Shown here: piece after piece, positions 38,501-50,477 of the stretch
Numbering within the stretch: position 1 is the stretch's first letter
How the letters are laid out: every line of letters begins with the position of its first letter
Assembly: GCA_002269645.1 (NCBI GenBank)
Contig: NIVC01000362.1
Coordinates: forward strand, 124,001 to 188,000
Length of the DNA: 64,000 bases
Reading direction: 5' to 3'
Source of the DNA: Macrostomum lignano
Lineage: Eukaryota
Made by a program: the position numbers and the translations under genes
The notes under the pieces: model-generated
Seen by the model: only the letters and a program-made list of their open reading frames with translations
What the model was told of the DNA's origin: nothing
Database searches by the model: none

Positions 38501-39200
38501 TGGCTTCGCCCAGTGGTTGGAATTGCTCGTTGGTGTACGTGCGCAGCACCATCGTGGTGGGCTGTAGGCGCAGTCCTGGAAGTCTCTCATCCACCATCCG
38601 CTTTGGAATAAACGTGACGGCTGACCCGGTGTCTAGCTCAAACGGGCAACTACGACCATCAATATCTAGCGTTACCGTCAGGGATCGGCGTGATCGTGGT
38701 CCAACGTAAAAAATTGAGCCTTGGGTGTCCTGCTCCGGTGCCGGTGCAGTGGACTCCAGCTTCTTGACCCTGGCTGACCTGCAGACTTTCTGGATGTGAC
38801 CCATTTTACCGCAAGCATGACACTTGGCGTCGCGGAACTTGCAGCTTTGCCGATCATGACGTCCACCGCATCCGGCGCAAGGTTGCTGCTGAGGCGCGTG
38901 CACTGAGGCAGAGTGGCGGATCGGTTGCTGCGGATGGGCATTGCCGTCGCTGGCACCCCTGCTGATAGCTGCGACCGTCTCGGAAGTTCTTGGCGCGATT
39001 TCGCTAGCCTCCATGGCTGACACCGTTGTGACCATCAGCGCGTACGTCAACTTCGAGATTTCTAGCAGTTTTGAGCGAAAAGCATCGCTCCGAAGGCCGA
39101 AAACAGCTTGATCGCGCAGTCTCTCCTGCAGCGTGTTGCCGAAGTTGCAGTGCAGAGTGGCTGCTTTGAGCCCGGCCAGGAAAGTAGCGAAGTCTTCCCC
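35560..39200 (-). mobile_element. Ty3/Gypsy (Mag/K02A2.6-like) retrotransposon internal region, frameshifted, gag 5'-truncated
   Basis: Gag zinc knuckles (CHACGKMGHIQKVC), protease FELDTGS, RT FVDDILL, RNase H (YSQLDKEALAI), integrase (HQAHPG..C..C, DAHSKWPEV, DNGAQF, NGQAERFV), split over several frames. Confidence 0.93.
35705..35800. repeat. (GCAGCG)n hexamer run
   Basis: About 15 perfect units. Encodes poly-Ala in the integrase frame. Confidence 0.95.
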
Positions 39201-39659
39201 CGGCAAGACTTATTCCCCCGGAAATCCCCCGGCAATCCAACTAAATTATTCGAACCATGTAAATTTTAACATCTCAAGCTTTACTTACTTTTCAAATTTA
39301 AATACCTCCAAAGAAATGCGTATTTCCTTTGGTTGTTAGATTGCTGCGAAGACCGCAGTGGATACACGAGTATTCCTCTCAGGGCTGCCAATTGACAAAA
39401 AAGATGACGTGATCAAAGCAGTTAGCAAACGGCCGACGAAATAAAACAACCATGAGAGTACTCGTACTACATCCCAAAGACTTGCTTCCGTCGACAGACT
39501 TTTACCTCATGATCAACGACCAGATAAAGAATCCAGCTCATGGCTGCAGGCTGGATGAGACAGAGTGGAAAGGAAAGAAAATGACGATTAGAAAAGGGAA
39601 GAATGGCGAGATAGGGGATGACAGAAAGGATATAAAAGATAAAAGCAGAGAGGAGCGCC

Positions 39660-40140
39660 GAGAGAGAGAGTGAGAGGAGAGGGGAAAGAGAAGTGAGAGG
39701 AGAGGGGAAAGAGAAGTGAGAGGAGAGGGGAAAGAGAAGTGAGAGGAGAGGGGAAAGAGAAGTGAGAAGAGAGGGGAAAGAGAAGTGAGAGAATAAGAGA
39801 GAAGAGACGAGAGAGACGAGAGACAAAGGGAGAGAAAAGTGTAGTGAGGATAGAGGAGAGAACAGGGGAGAGAGAAACGCGATGAGGAGAGAGGGGTAAG
39901 GAAGAGCGAGGAAAGAGGAGAGAACAGAGGGGAGAGAGAAAAGAGGAGATCGAGGGGAGAGAGAGTAGATAGAGGAAAAGAGAGATGAAAGAGCAGAAAG
40001 ACGACAGTAGAGATGAGAGAGTAAAAAAGAGAAAATAGAGAGGAGGGAGAATGGAGAAGAGATGTGAGAGTTGATAGAAGAGACAAGAGACGAGAGATGA
40101 TATAAATCGCTAGGAGAGTACAGATTAAAGGTGAGAGAAA
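39660..40140. repeat. Purine-rich (GA/GGAGA) low-complexity tract with 29-bp subrepeats
   Basis: Nearly all purines on the + strand. GAGGGGAAAGAGAAGTGAGA is repeated. Confidence 0.9.
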
Positions 40141-40589
40141 AGATGATACACGAGAGCAGCCGTAATTAAGAGTGCAAGCTAATTAAGTGCTGGCAGCCCA
40201 TAGCAGCGACAGCAGCAATGTGCCAACGCAGGCTGAGGCGGAGGATGATGCAACGTACAGCACTAAACCCAGGTGGCATCGACCGTGGCGCACTGAGATG
40301 CCCCAACAAAGACAGCTGTCACCAAGATGCGCTACGAGAGTAAAGTTCAAAAGCACGGTCGATTACAGCTGTCAAAACGCGTTGCGGTCCTCGGCGAGCG
40401 CTATATGTTCATCATTGTGCGCCAGGACGGGACCACTGCCAAAAAGCGACGCAGCATCAAACGTACGGCAAGACGGAGTCGCACCTGATCTACTGGGTCG
40501 GCCCAGTACAAGAAGTACTCGGTCAGCACGATCTCGGCGCATCACAGCTGGCATCTCTGCTCGCCGACATTACAGCAGGCCTTACAAAA

Positions 40590-40740
40590 ATTCAATAAAA
40601 TATTTGGATAACTTCTATCGGAACGGCAACGACAAAATTGGATGGCATGCCAACAGCGAACCCAAGCCAACAATGACAGCGAGCTTAAGCTTAATATCAA
40701 GCACTCTCTAGTATGCGGATCAATCTGACCTACAGTATCC
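40590..40740 (+). pseudogene. Decayed ALKBH2/3-like 2OG-Fe(II) dioxygenase fragment
   Basis: NFYRNGNDKIGWHANSEP..TASLSL followed by RINLTY. These match the AlkB N-x-Y-R-x-x-x-D-x-x-x-W-H-x-D-x-E-P..ASLS and RINLTFR motifs. The HxD motif is mutated and the middle part is missing. Confidence 0.55.
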
Positions 40741-41679
40741 CGCATGAGTTGCCATCCAAGACATGATGCGACATGATGCGACCCCGGCCAAACATCTGAC
40801 GAGTGCGACTACACTGTACACCGGTGGTGACCCTGCAGGTGAGAAAAACTGCAACTGCAGTGGCCTCCGTAGTGGAGATTGAAGCAGACACAGGCGGCGA
40901 CGCCCACAAAACTGGCGACCCTTGTGAAGACGACTATGCCAACGGCGTCCTCAAGGAATAAGAGCTAGGCTAACTGGGCAATTAGCATCATCGGCGAGCT
41001 GAAAAGACACTGGGTCACGCCAGTCCAGTACAACGTCCACCCAGACGACACCGACCCCGTAGAACTCACAATATTCCTGCAGCAGAGATCCGCGACCATC
41101 AGCATCTGCTTCACGACCACGACGAAATGCTCGACTTCAGAGGCAAAGTCATCATCGGGTTGCTCCAGAGTTTCTCCGACCACCTTATTGGTGACAACGT
41201 GCCCGCCTGACCGTCGTCCAAGGCTCTTGCGTTCGTCATCTGGGAATGTCGCTTGAAACAAATCCGGAAATTCTCTGAAGCACCTCTAGGACGACAAGCA
41301 AATGGCCATCAAAGGGCTGCACAGCATCACGGTGCGTGGCCAGGGCCACCTGTCAACCGACAAAGCTGGTACGAGACTCGACAAATGCGTCTGCGAGTGG
41401 ATCACCATCACCATACACAAGCTATCGCTAGGAGGTCAGCAAGAATATAGCCCACGGCCAGAGCTATCTACAATGCGGGAACTGCCAAGCCTCCAATTAT
41501 CCCACAAGCCGATGGCTATCCCACAAGCAGTCTCCAAGTAGCTCGTATACAAGCGCTGCGCACATACAATCACCAGAGCAGCGAGTGCCCCAATATGGAG
41601 ATCCATCGATCGTTGCTGCAACTGCGGCCAGCACCATCGAGCATCAGGATTTAGGATTAGTGTCGTGACGTGTTAGTGA

Positions 41680-41800
41680 CGAGGGTTAGTGTGTACACCT
41701 CAGTATTAGCATGTCCACCTCAGGATTAGTGTGTCCACGTCAAGGAATAGTGTATCCACCTCAGGATTAGTGTGTTCAGCTCAAGATTAATGTCCGTTCA
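41680..41800. repeat. Degenerate copies of the 20-bp ATTAGTGTGTCCACCTCAG repeat
   Basis: 5-6 diverged units of the MGST3-intron repeat family. Confidence 0.75.
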
Positions 41801-41959
41801 AGATTGTTTCAATCTGAGGATATTTACGTTTAATTTCCTCAATGAAATAATTTATGAATGTCTGCGGTTGTTTCGGATCGGGGTAACTGCGTGATCCGTG
41901 TCAGTGAGTGATCAGTTTCTCTATTTTGCTGTAAATAGTTAAGGAAGTTCCGGTCGAAT

Positions 41960-42860
41960 CGTTGCGGTTCCGCTGTGTGGCCTCCCAGGTCACAGGCGTC
42001 ATGAACCGCGTGCTCGCCGTTCACCGAGTGGACCGTCGCGCACATCGTGCCGATCCCGAAGGAGGCAGGGACAACGCGGAAAGACCACAACGGGATCTCC
42101 TGATGTTATGCACCGCGGAGCTCTTCAACCGACTGCTGCTCGATCGCCTGCAGTCGGTGCTGGACCCGTAAGAGCAGAACTCCCCTCGGCTGACGACGAC
42201 TTCCTGCTGCGCAGACGCATCGGTCGCCGCCACAGCGAAAAGCACCTGAGCGTGCTTGGCCACGTACGTACTTCCTTCCTCGTCCGTTGAAGGCGCCAGC
42301 GCCAGATCGATATGCTGGTCTAGGTGGCATCGAGTGTTGCTCTGGTTGTCAACACGCTGAAGACCCAGGTGCTGACCGACATCCCAGCGGACCTGACGTG
42401 CCGCGGCGCAGACGGGCAGACGGCGACGAGCGGTTTACCTACCTCAGCGGTCTGGTGCCTCACATGGAGGAAAACCTCCGGCGGCGCAGAGGACTTGCCT
42501 GGGCGGCCTTCCGTTCGATCCGAGCTGTCCTCCAGTCCGAAGCGCTGTCCGCGACCACCAGAGATTTCGGCTGTGGCAGGCGGTGGTCGAAACCGTCCTG
42601 ATAAATACAACGCCGAGACGTGGACGCTGACAGCTACGCTAGAGGGGAAGGTTGACTCAGAGCTTCTCTGTGCGGCCTTTCGAGCTGACGAGAGCAGCGG
42701 GACGGAGACCCTGTACGATCGGTCCACCATGCTGTGCCGGCGGCGACTTCAACTGTCGGGCTACGTGATCGGGGCCTAGGACTACTTCCCCCAACCTGTT
42801 CAGGTCCTTCTAGTCACCTTGCAGGGCCCGTTCAGGCGGGGTCAGGCCCGAACCCGTCGA
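41960..42860 (+). mobile_element. Degraded non-LTR retrotransposon (RTE-like) RT fragment
   Basis: LLMLCTAELFNRLLLDRLQSVLDP, FTYLSG..LRRRRGLAWAAFRSIRAVL and AETWTLTATLE occur in shifted frames with large deletions. Confidence 0.7.
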
Positions 42861-42869
42861 TACGTGGAC

Positions 42870-43105
42870 TAACCCTAAGGCACCAGTACCCTAGCCTAAC
42901 CCTGAACCATAACCCTAACCCCAACCCTAACCTAACCCTAAACCCTAACTTAAAGGCACTAGTTCTAACCCCGACCCTAACCCTAAACCCTAACCCTAAG
43001 GCACAAGTTCAACCCCAACCAAAATTAACCCTAAGCCCTAACCCTTATAGGCACCCTAAATAACCCTAATAAAACCCTGTATAGGCACAAGCTCTAACCC
43101 TAACC
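42870..43105. repeat. Degenerate telomere-like (CCCTAA)n tract
   Basis: AACCCTAACC/AACCCTAAAC units interrupted by AAGGCAC spacers. Confidence 0.7.
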
Positions 43106-43109
43106 CTAT

Positions 43110-43415
43110 TCAAGCTTATGATGGTGGTTGCTAGACTTTTCGACGATGTGATTTTTCGAGCTTATGACTTTTCGAGCTTGTGATGGTGGTTGCTAAACTT
43201 TTCGACGATGTGATTTTTCGAGCTTATGATTTTTCGAGCTTGTGATGGTGGCTGCTAAATCAGTTTTCGACGATGTGATTTTTCGAGCTTGTGAGTTTTC
43301 GAGCTTGTGATGGTGGTTGCTAAACTTTTCGACGATGTGATTTTTCGAGCTTATGACTTTTCGAGCTTGTGATGGTGGATGCTTTTCGACGATGTGATTT
43401 TTCGAGCTTGTGATG
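43110..43415. repeat. About 60-bp tandem repeat (AGCTTGTGATGGTGGTTGCTAAACTTTTCGACGATGTGATTTTTCG..)
   Basis: About 5 units. Confidence 0.9.
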
Positions 43416-44049
43416 GGCCCCCCTTAAAAGTAGCTTATATAGTCTTAACAACAGCTTAAGCTTACTGCGCTTCGGTAAATAACGCGCATTTAAATATGTA
43501 AAACTTCAGCACTTGGTTTATTATGTGATTTGTTAGACGCCTAACGCAAGCAAGTTAAAATAAATAAGCACTGAAGTAGCTTCAGACGGGTTAGGAGTTG
43601 GTCAGACTCCTAAAAATGGTTCTCATGAACCTGAGGAAAGAGCGTTTTTCGCAAAAGAAGAAACCGTTTCACCGGGTGGTAACTAACGACTAAACACCGG
43701 GTGCAAACCAATTCGAAATACATAAAAACAAAAGTAAAATGGCCGGTAGGGAACCCACAGTTGCACTAATGGCAAAAGGGACTTCCTCACAGGAAAGTAG
43801 TATTGACTTCAGTACACGTAGTAAGAAGAGTTGCACTAAAAGAAAAAAATACTTCAAGGGAAAAAATTTACCGTGCGGGAAAATGGGAGGCTTCGCCCTA
43901 CCACAGTTCTTCTATGAATATATGCAAAATTTAAGCACAAAAAAATTGAAACGTATATGGGGAACAAGAATGGCTAATATAACGGTTCAGATACAGTAGA
44001 TGACACCATGCAGAAAGCAAAAATTAAATTGCTACGATCTTTTCAGTTA

Positions 44050-46530
44050 TGATCGAAATTACATCGAGCTAAATCTATTTAAGAGGCTTCAGAGCAACCT
44101 GAGAAGGCTGCGCCGTGAACCCGCACTGCTGCAGGAGTACCACCGCTTTCCGATGAGCCAGAAAGAAGCTGGAATAGTGGAGGAGGTTCCCGACGGAACG
44201 CACCATCTTGTCCACTACTTGCCTCAGCGAGCAGTGATTCGTCCTGAAGCAGAGTCGACGAAGGTCAGAGTAGTTTTCGATGCCAGTGCTAAGCAAGATC
44301 GGTGGAGCTCGTCCTTAAATGAGTGCCTGGAGACTGGATCGTGTTCGTTGGTCGAGATTCCTCGTCTTCTTCAAGCATTCCAGTTTCATCCGATCGCTCT
44401 TACAGCTGATATTGGGAAGGCGTTTCTTCAGATTCACATTGCTGAAGAAGATCGGGATGCACTCGGTTTCTCTGGCCACAGGATCCAAGGCGAGCTGAAT
44501 CGCCACTCGTTGTTCTTAATGACGCCGCTTTGGTATTCGGACTCACCAGCTCACCTGCGATTCTGGAGACGGTCATTCAACACCATTTAGCATCTCATCG
44601 GGACCAGGATGCGCAGTTCGTGGACAAAGTATCGAAAGAGATCTATGTGGACAATCTAATCTCTGGGTGTGCAAGCGAACGGCAAGCCATGGAACTCATC
44701 CAAAAATCCCGTCACGTCTTCAGCCAGGCGGGAATGAATCTACGCCATTGGCAGTCCAACAGTAAAGCGGGTTTTGGTCGCAGTTCGAGCTAGCGCTACA
44801 GACCAGGACATTCTGGCTCCAGCCCTGTCAGTAGAGACTCACAGAATGACGGAAGACCACGCGGGAGCTATTCCTCCGCCTCATTGGGTGAGGAGGGCGT
44901 GTTGTCGAAGGTCCTTGGGTTGCACTGGGAAACCGGATCGGACGTGTTCGTGCTTCGGTTCTCACCACCTGAGGAGTTACTCAGAGCTACGCAATCCAAG
45001 CGAGTCATGCTAAAGCTTCTGGCACGTGTCTATGATCCTCTCGGCTTCCTAGTTCCACTGCTGACTTGGCCGAAAACTATGTATCAGATGCTCTGTCTTT
45101 GCAAAGTTGCTTGGGATTGCCCGCTGGATGAGCCGACTGAACAGCTGTGGCAGAAGTGGCTGCTGGACATGCTGAAAGCACGATTCCAGGTACCGCGGCT
45201 GGTGCTTTTCGCGACACGGGTGGTCCAAGAGATGCAGCTGCATGACTTCTGTGACGCATCCGCAAAGTGCTACGCGGCTTGTCGTCTCTACCTACGAGTT
45301 CAGTACACTGACGGTTCTGTCAGCTGTACCCTGGTGGCGGCGAAGGCCAGAGTGGCTCCACTATCGGCCCTGTCGATTCCTCGGCTGGAACTATTAGGTG
45401 CCCTGATACTGGCCAGACGAATGATTTCAGCCCTGAGTCAACATCCTCAAGTCCGCCAAGTTTTCTGCTGGACAGATAGTGCCGATACTCTGTACTGGAT
45501 CCGACAGCACAAGCCCTGGAAGCTCTTTTTACACAACCGAGTCTCTAAGATCCACCGGCTGCTTCCGGAGGAATCATGGCGACACTCGCCAGGCAATGAG
45601 AACCCTGCCGATGTTGCATCTCGCGGCACTTCGGTCGACAAGCTGAAGACTGATACCAGCTGGTGGTATGGTCCTGATTGGCTGATTCGACCTCCAGAAT
45701 GCTAGCCTGACCAAATCCTCTCTCAATCTAATCTCAGCAACGGCAGACGAGGAGCAGAAGCTATCAGCAGACAAATCATTCGTCCTACTCACTGATGTTG
45801 TTCCGGACATGGGACTGCATCGAGTTATACCAGATTCGGATTTCTCCTCCTGGACCAAGCTCATTAGGGTGACGGCTTACGTCTTTCGATTTGTCAAGAA
45901 TCTGCAAGTTCGAACTTCCGCAGCGGGGGAGGAGCGAGCAGGAACTTTGACAGCTGCAGAAGTGTCAGAAGCAGAGGAGCGTTGGCTGAAAGAGGTAAAA
46001 CGAATGAGTTTCCCTGCTGAGATTGCTCACTTTGAAAGGTCGACAGCATCTATACGGACCTCGCAAAGCAGCTGAATCTCTTCCTCGACACCAAAGGTCT
46101 GCTCCGAAGTCGCGGTCGATTGAGAGAATCAAACGTTGGTGCAGCTGCTGATTGCCCCACCCTCATCCCGAACAAGACTCATCTAAAAGTTCTCCTCATC
46201 CGAGACGCGCACAGCAAAGTTTTGCACGGGGGAGTTCCAAGCACCCTGTGCAAACTTTTGGCTGATCCGTGGCAGGCAGCGAGTGAAGGCAATTCTTGGA
46301 AAATGCGTCGTCTGCAGGTGTCTTCAGGGACTCCTGTTCGCTGTGAAGCAAGTTCCTGCGTTGCCAGAATCTCGCGTGAAAGCAATAAGAGCGTTCGAGT
46401 GGAGCGGGCTCGACTACTGTGGTCCGGTCAAGCTAGGAGAGAAGACACTGCACTGTCGAGAAGGGCTACATCTTGGTGTTCACCTGCGCAGCAACGCGAA
46501 CGCTTCATCTAGAACTAGTGAAAGACCTAA
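44050..46530 (+). mobile_element. BEL/Pao LTR retrotransposon pol fragment, frameshifted
   Basis: KVRVVFDASAK, ADIGKAFLQI, FGLTSSPAIL, IYVDNLISG, YDPLGFL, HDFCDAS, IPRLELLGAL, NPADVASRG, WWYGPDWL, and integrase GLDYCGP. Confidence 0.92.
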
Positions 46531-47629
46531 CTACTGCACTGAGACCTTCTTAAGAGCCCATCAGCATAAGATAATGCTGATGCGCGCTTTGTACAGTATA
46601 AAAGCTAGTATAGCCGTCACTCCATGTACAGTTCAGGATGGAAGTAACAGCAGCATGTAACTGAAAAATTCATTTTAAAGTAATTCAAAAAAATCTATCC
46701 TTTATACTTATTAGACTAAACTTGTTGAGTTTGCTGCACTTAAGTACGAGTACGAGCTAATTGGCTGATGAAAGCTAATCAGCCAATAGATTCCTAGGGG
46801 GGGGATTTCAAGTTTCAAATGAGCAATCCATCATTCGTTCATCCATGAAAAGGACCATTGTATTGCGTCTTTAGCTGCCGTTCCTGCCAGCCAGCAGTGA
46901 GCTCCATATATTTCTCTATTGATTGTACAAAATCTCTGGTCTCGATAGCAGGCTCCAGAGCTGAATCAAGGACGTAGAGGCAGTGCTTCCAGCAGTTGTA
47001 TATGCCTGTTTTTCAAGATTACACGAGGTTTTTATAGTTAGCATATTTCTACTGTGCTATGACTGACTGCATGGATGATTTTGCTATAAGTTAGGCCTAC
47101 CCATTATTTAGATCTGTAGGTCTAAGAACTTACAGCTTTGTTTTTCGATCTTTGGCAACTTTGTATAATTATTTGATTTTAAATATTCTAGGAAACATTA
47201 TGCCAAGAATTATTATTATCGGTTGGGCCACTGTTGCAGAATCATTTCATGAATCAAACAATTACGTGGTCGGAATCCAGCATGCTAAAAGAATTTTTTG
47301 CTACAGGCATACTCTTCCTCTTTTGTCCTGAAATTTGTGCCCAAACTTTGCTTATTTACATAATACTAAAAGTCTAGTATATAACAATTGTGTTTCAAGG
47401 CCTATCAATTGAAATGAGAATCATCATATGGTTAGGCCTATGCCTATGATGGAATATTTGATAGGTAGATCAAAAGTTAAAAAATAACTATGATAAGTCT
47501 AATAATGCTATGCTGGAAGACGTATGCAAGCTACAATTTTTTTCTAATTTAAAAGTTGCAACTTACAATTTGCAATTACTAAAAACAGCACTAATAAAAA
47601 TGAGTAATGCCTATTATTGCACTGAGTAC

Positions 47630-47775
47630 AATAGTGCAACCAGATATTTGTTGGGGGGGGGGGTAGATTCTGGAAGGTAAAGACCAAGTGACGGGTGGAG
47701 GGGTGGCTCTGTTTTTGGCAAAAATTTGTTTGGTCTCCCCTTTGATTTTTTCAGGTCTCCACCTAAGGGAGGCAA
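47630..47775. mobile_element. Truncated copy of the 4054-4247 MITE family
   Basis: Shares the G-tract-AGATTCTG..GGTAAAG and CCTTTGATTTTTT(T)CAG..CCACCTAAGGG blocks. Confidence 0.6.
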
Positions 47776-50477
47776 TAGTTAGGCCTATAGGCATAGTCAG
47801 TCATAGTCAATAGTCATTTTCATACATAACATAGTTAGCTTATTATATTAATGCCTATTTAAAGTTCTAAGTTTACTTATTTAATCATTTATTTTTAGGC
47901 CTTAGGCCTTAAAACTTTAGGCCTTAGGCCTAAAAATTATATTATTATTCTATTTATTATATTATTTATATAGTAAGCCTATGTCTTTATTTGTCTTATT
48001 AGATCCTAACTATTGACACCAGCTATGCTATGGTAAGCCTTTTGCCTCTGTCTTTATAAGCTAGGCATAGTCTAAAACTATAAGCTACCATCAAAGTTGT
48101 TTTAGTGCTGTTAATACAGGCCTATTTACCTTTTACTTTGAATCAATTTATGAATTACTTATTTAGTATATTTCTAGCATTTGCTTATTATGATTTTATG
48201 GAGTGTCCCATATATAATAATGTTCTAGACCTAGTAATGTTCTAGTAGCATTCTCAATAATGTTATCGTAGTAATTTTATTGTATTAATGTTCTAGTAGC
48301 ATTCTCAATAATGTTATTGTATCATTCTAGGTAGGGGGCCTAGTGTTCATGGTAATCTTGGCCTAAGTGGTTTTATTAGTATATGTACTTTTCTAGTCTA
48401 GGCATTACTAGGATCAAAGGATCATGGTGCAACTTTTAGTATTTCTCTCAGGATAACTCCCTAATTCCCTCTCTTAGCAAATGTATCCAAACTGTTTCTC
48501 TACTTTGAAAATGAATAACTAGGCCTAGCTCTGAACTAGAAAACTCAAGGAATATATAGGTTGAACTATTATTAAGTTGCTAAAGCAATTCCTCAATTTA
48601 TTTCATATATTAAAGCAAATCTATTTTTTAGCATTTTGTATAAATTTGATATCTAAAAAAATACAATATTATTCAAGTATTACTATTATATTGATTCAAA
48701 GGTAAAATATTTGAATAGTACTAATACACTTAACAACAATTTATAAATAGCTCACTTGAGCTCAGCTATCCCAGATCCCTTCTGCCTACCTCATTTGGGT
48801 CTGGGTTACTTACCTTTTAAAATGTGCCCCTTCCTTAACAAATTTCTAATTGTAGGCTACCATTGCATTGTTTAATAATATGCTTAAAATAATTGATACT
48901 GATTTATTTGATTGTATAGCCTAGAACCAAGATTCATGTTAGAATACAAACAATAATTGATATAAATTATAACTATTATGGTTCTTTAAAAACTTAATCT
49001 TAGTTTTTTATTCCATTTGATAAATTTCACTTGCCTAAATAAAAAGAGACCTTAGAAAATTGGCCATATAATAAAAAAGTTACAAAACTTTTTTATTTCT
49101 TAATTTTCTAGTAAAATAGCTAGAACCTTTGGCCTAACAAAATATTTCTAGAGGTTTGCCTAGCCATAAGCTTGGCAAAAGCCAAAATATATAAAAAATA
49201 TATAAGAAAAATAGCAAATAGGTGATTTTTCATTTTCTCTATAGCAAATATAATATTATAGTTATATTATTGCTTTTTAAAAATTAGAAAAAACCAGCAA
49301 TAAATTATTTTAGAAACTTTTCTTTTTTGGTTAGAAATTATCCCTGGTATCTACCAAAAATTGATTACCAAGGATTGACATTGTACATATATAAAAATTC
49401 AGACAGCCTGATTGCTTAACAAAATATTTTACTATTAACCCTATTGATAGTTATTGATTTTCTTATATGATTATCAGTTTCCCCTGTCTTTTACAATCTT
49501 TAATTGCTGATACTAAGACTATTGCAGGCCTTTAATTTATTATTACCTTTGAGCCACCAAGTTGTAATAGGGCTAAACTTTTTCTTTGGTTTTAACAAAG
49601 TTGTACTAAACTATAACTAACTTCTGTGCATTGATATTAGAATAGGGTCTGAGTATTAATCTAATTATGATTCTAAGTATAGGTCTGAGTAGCTATATAA
49701 TAGATCTAAGAATAATTCTAAGATTAGTGGGCCATGGCCTTCTTAGTACTGTATATGTATTCCCAAGATCTATTTTGTTTCACTTTGATCTCCTTGGTAT
49801 TCTGCATATCAGTAGTATCTTTGGTATGATTAGCTTCCATCTCACTCTTCAAAAAAATTACTAAGTCTTGAAAAGATTTCCAAGTTTTTAAGTTATTTAA
49901 TAGCAGTTAAAAACTGAACAAGTTGATAAGTAACAAGACTGGAAATTAGTTCTAAGTAAGTATGAAACAAGGTTAGTTGGCTCACTGGCCAGACTGCATT
50001 TATTTATACTATTTGAAAGATATAATCAATGATAATTTTGAAGCACAAGCAATTTAAACAAATAAGCATAGTAAAGGCAAAATATTTTCAAAGAGTACAT
50101 GAATTAAATGGGAAATTTGCTATCAAACATAAAAAATTAAAATAATAATACTATATGAATATTATTATTGACTGTATAGAAAATACTCAATATTATTTTT
50201 TGAGAACATAATTTATTTATAAAGAACTATTATTACTACTATTAGTAACATTATAAATGCTCGCACACTTATTTGAAATGACATTATTGATAATGGTCAG
50301 ACTATTTTAGCAAGAGTGAAACTTAGTCCATATGTAGCTTATTATATTCTATTCTCATGCTACATATTTATATTTTATATACTATCAATGCACCTTAATA
50401 AAGCACATACTCATACTATTTTCTTGGAAATCATTCATGCTTCAGACTAGAATTAATTTCATAATCACAGCATAGAA

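Noticed and set aside
36282-38709. Plus-strand ORFs overlapping the Gypsy pol
   Set aside because: Antisense shadows of GC-rich coding sequence.
39452-40086. Leu/Ser-rich membrane-protein-like ORFs
   Set aside because: Artefacts of the purine-rich low-complexity tract.
46790-47030. Possible BEL 3' PPT (G-run at about 46796-46803) and LTR
   Set aside because: The sequence after the G-run starts TTTC rather than TG, and no matching 5' LTR was found.
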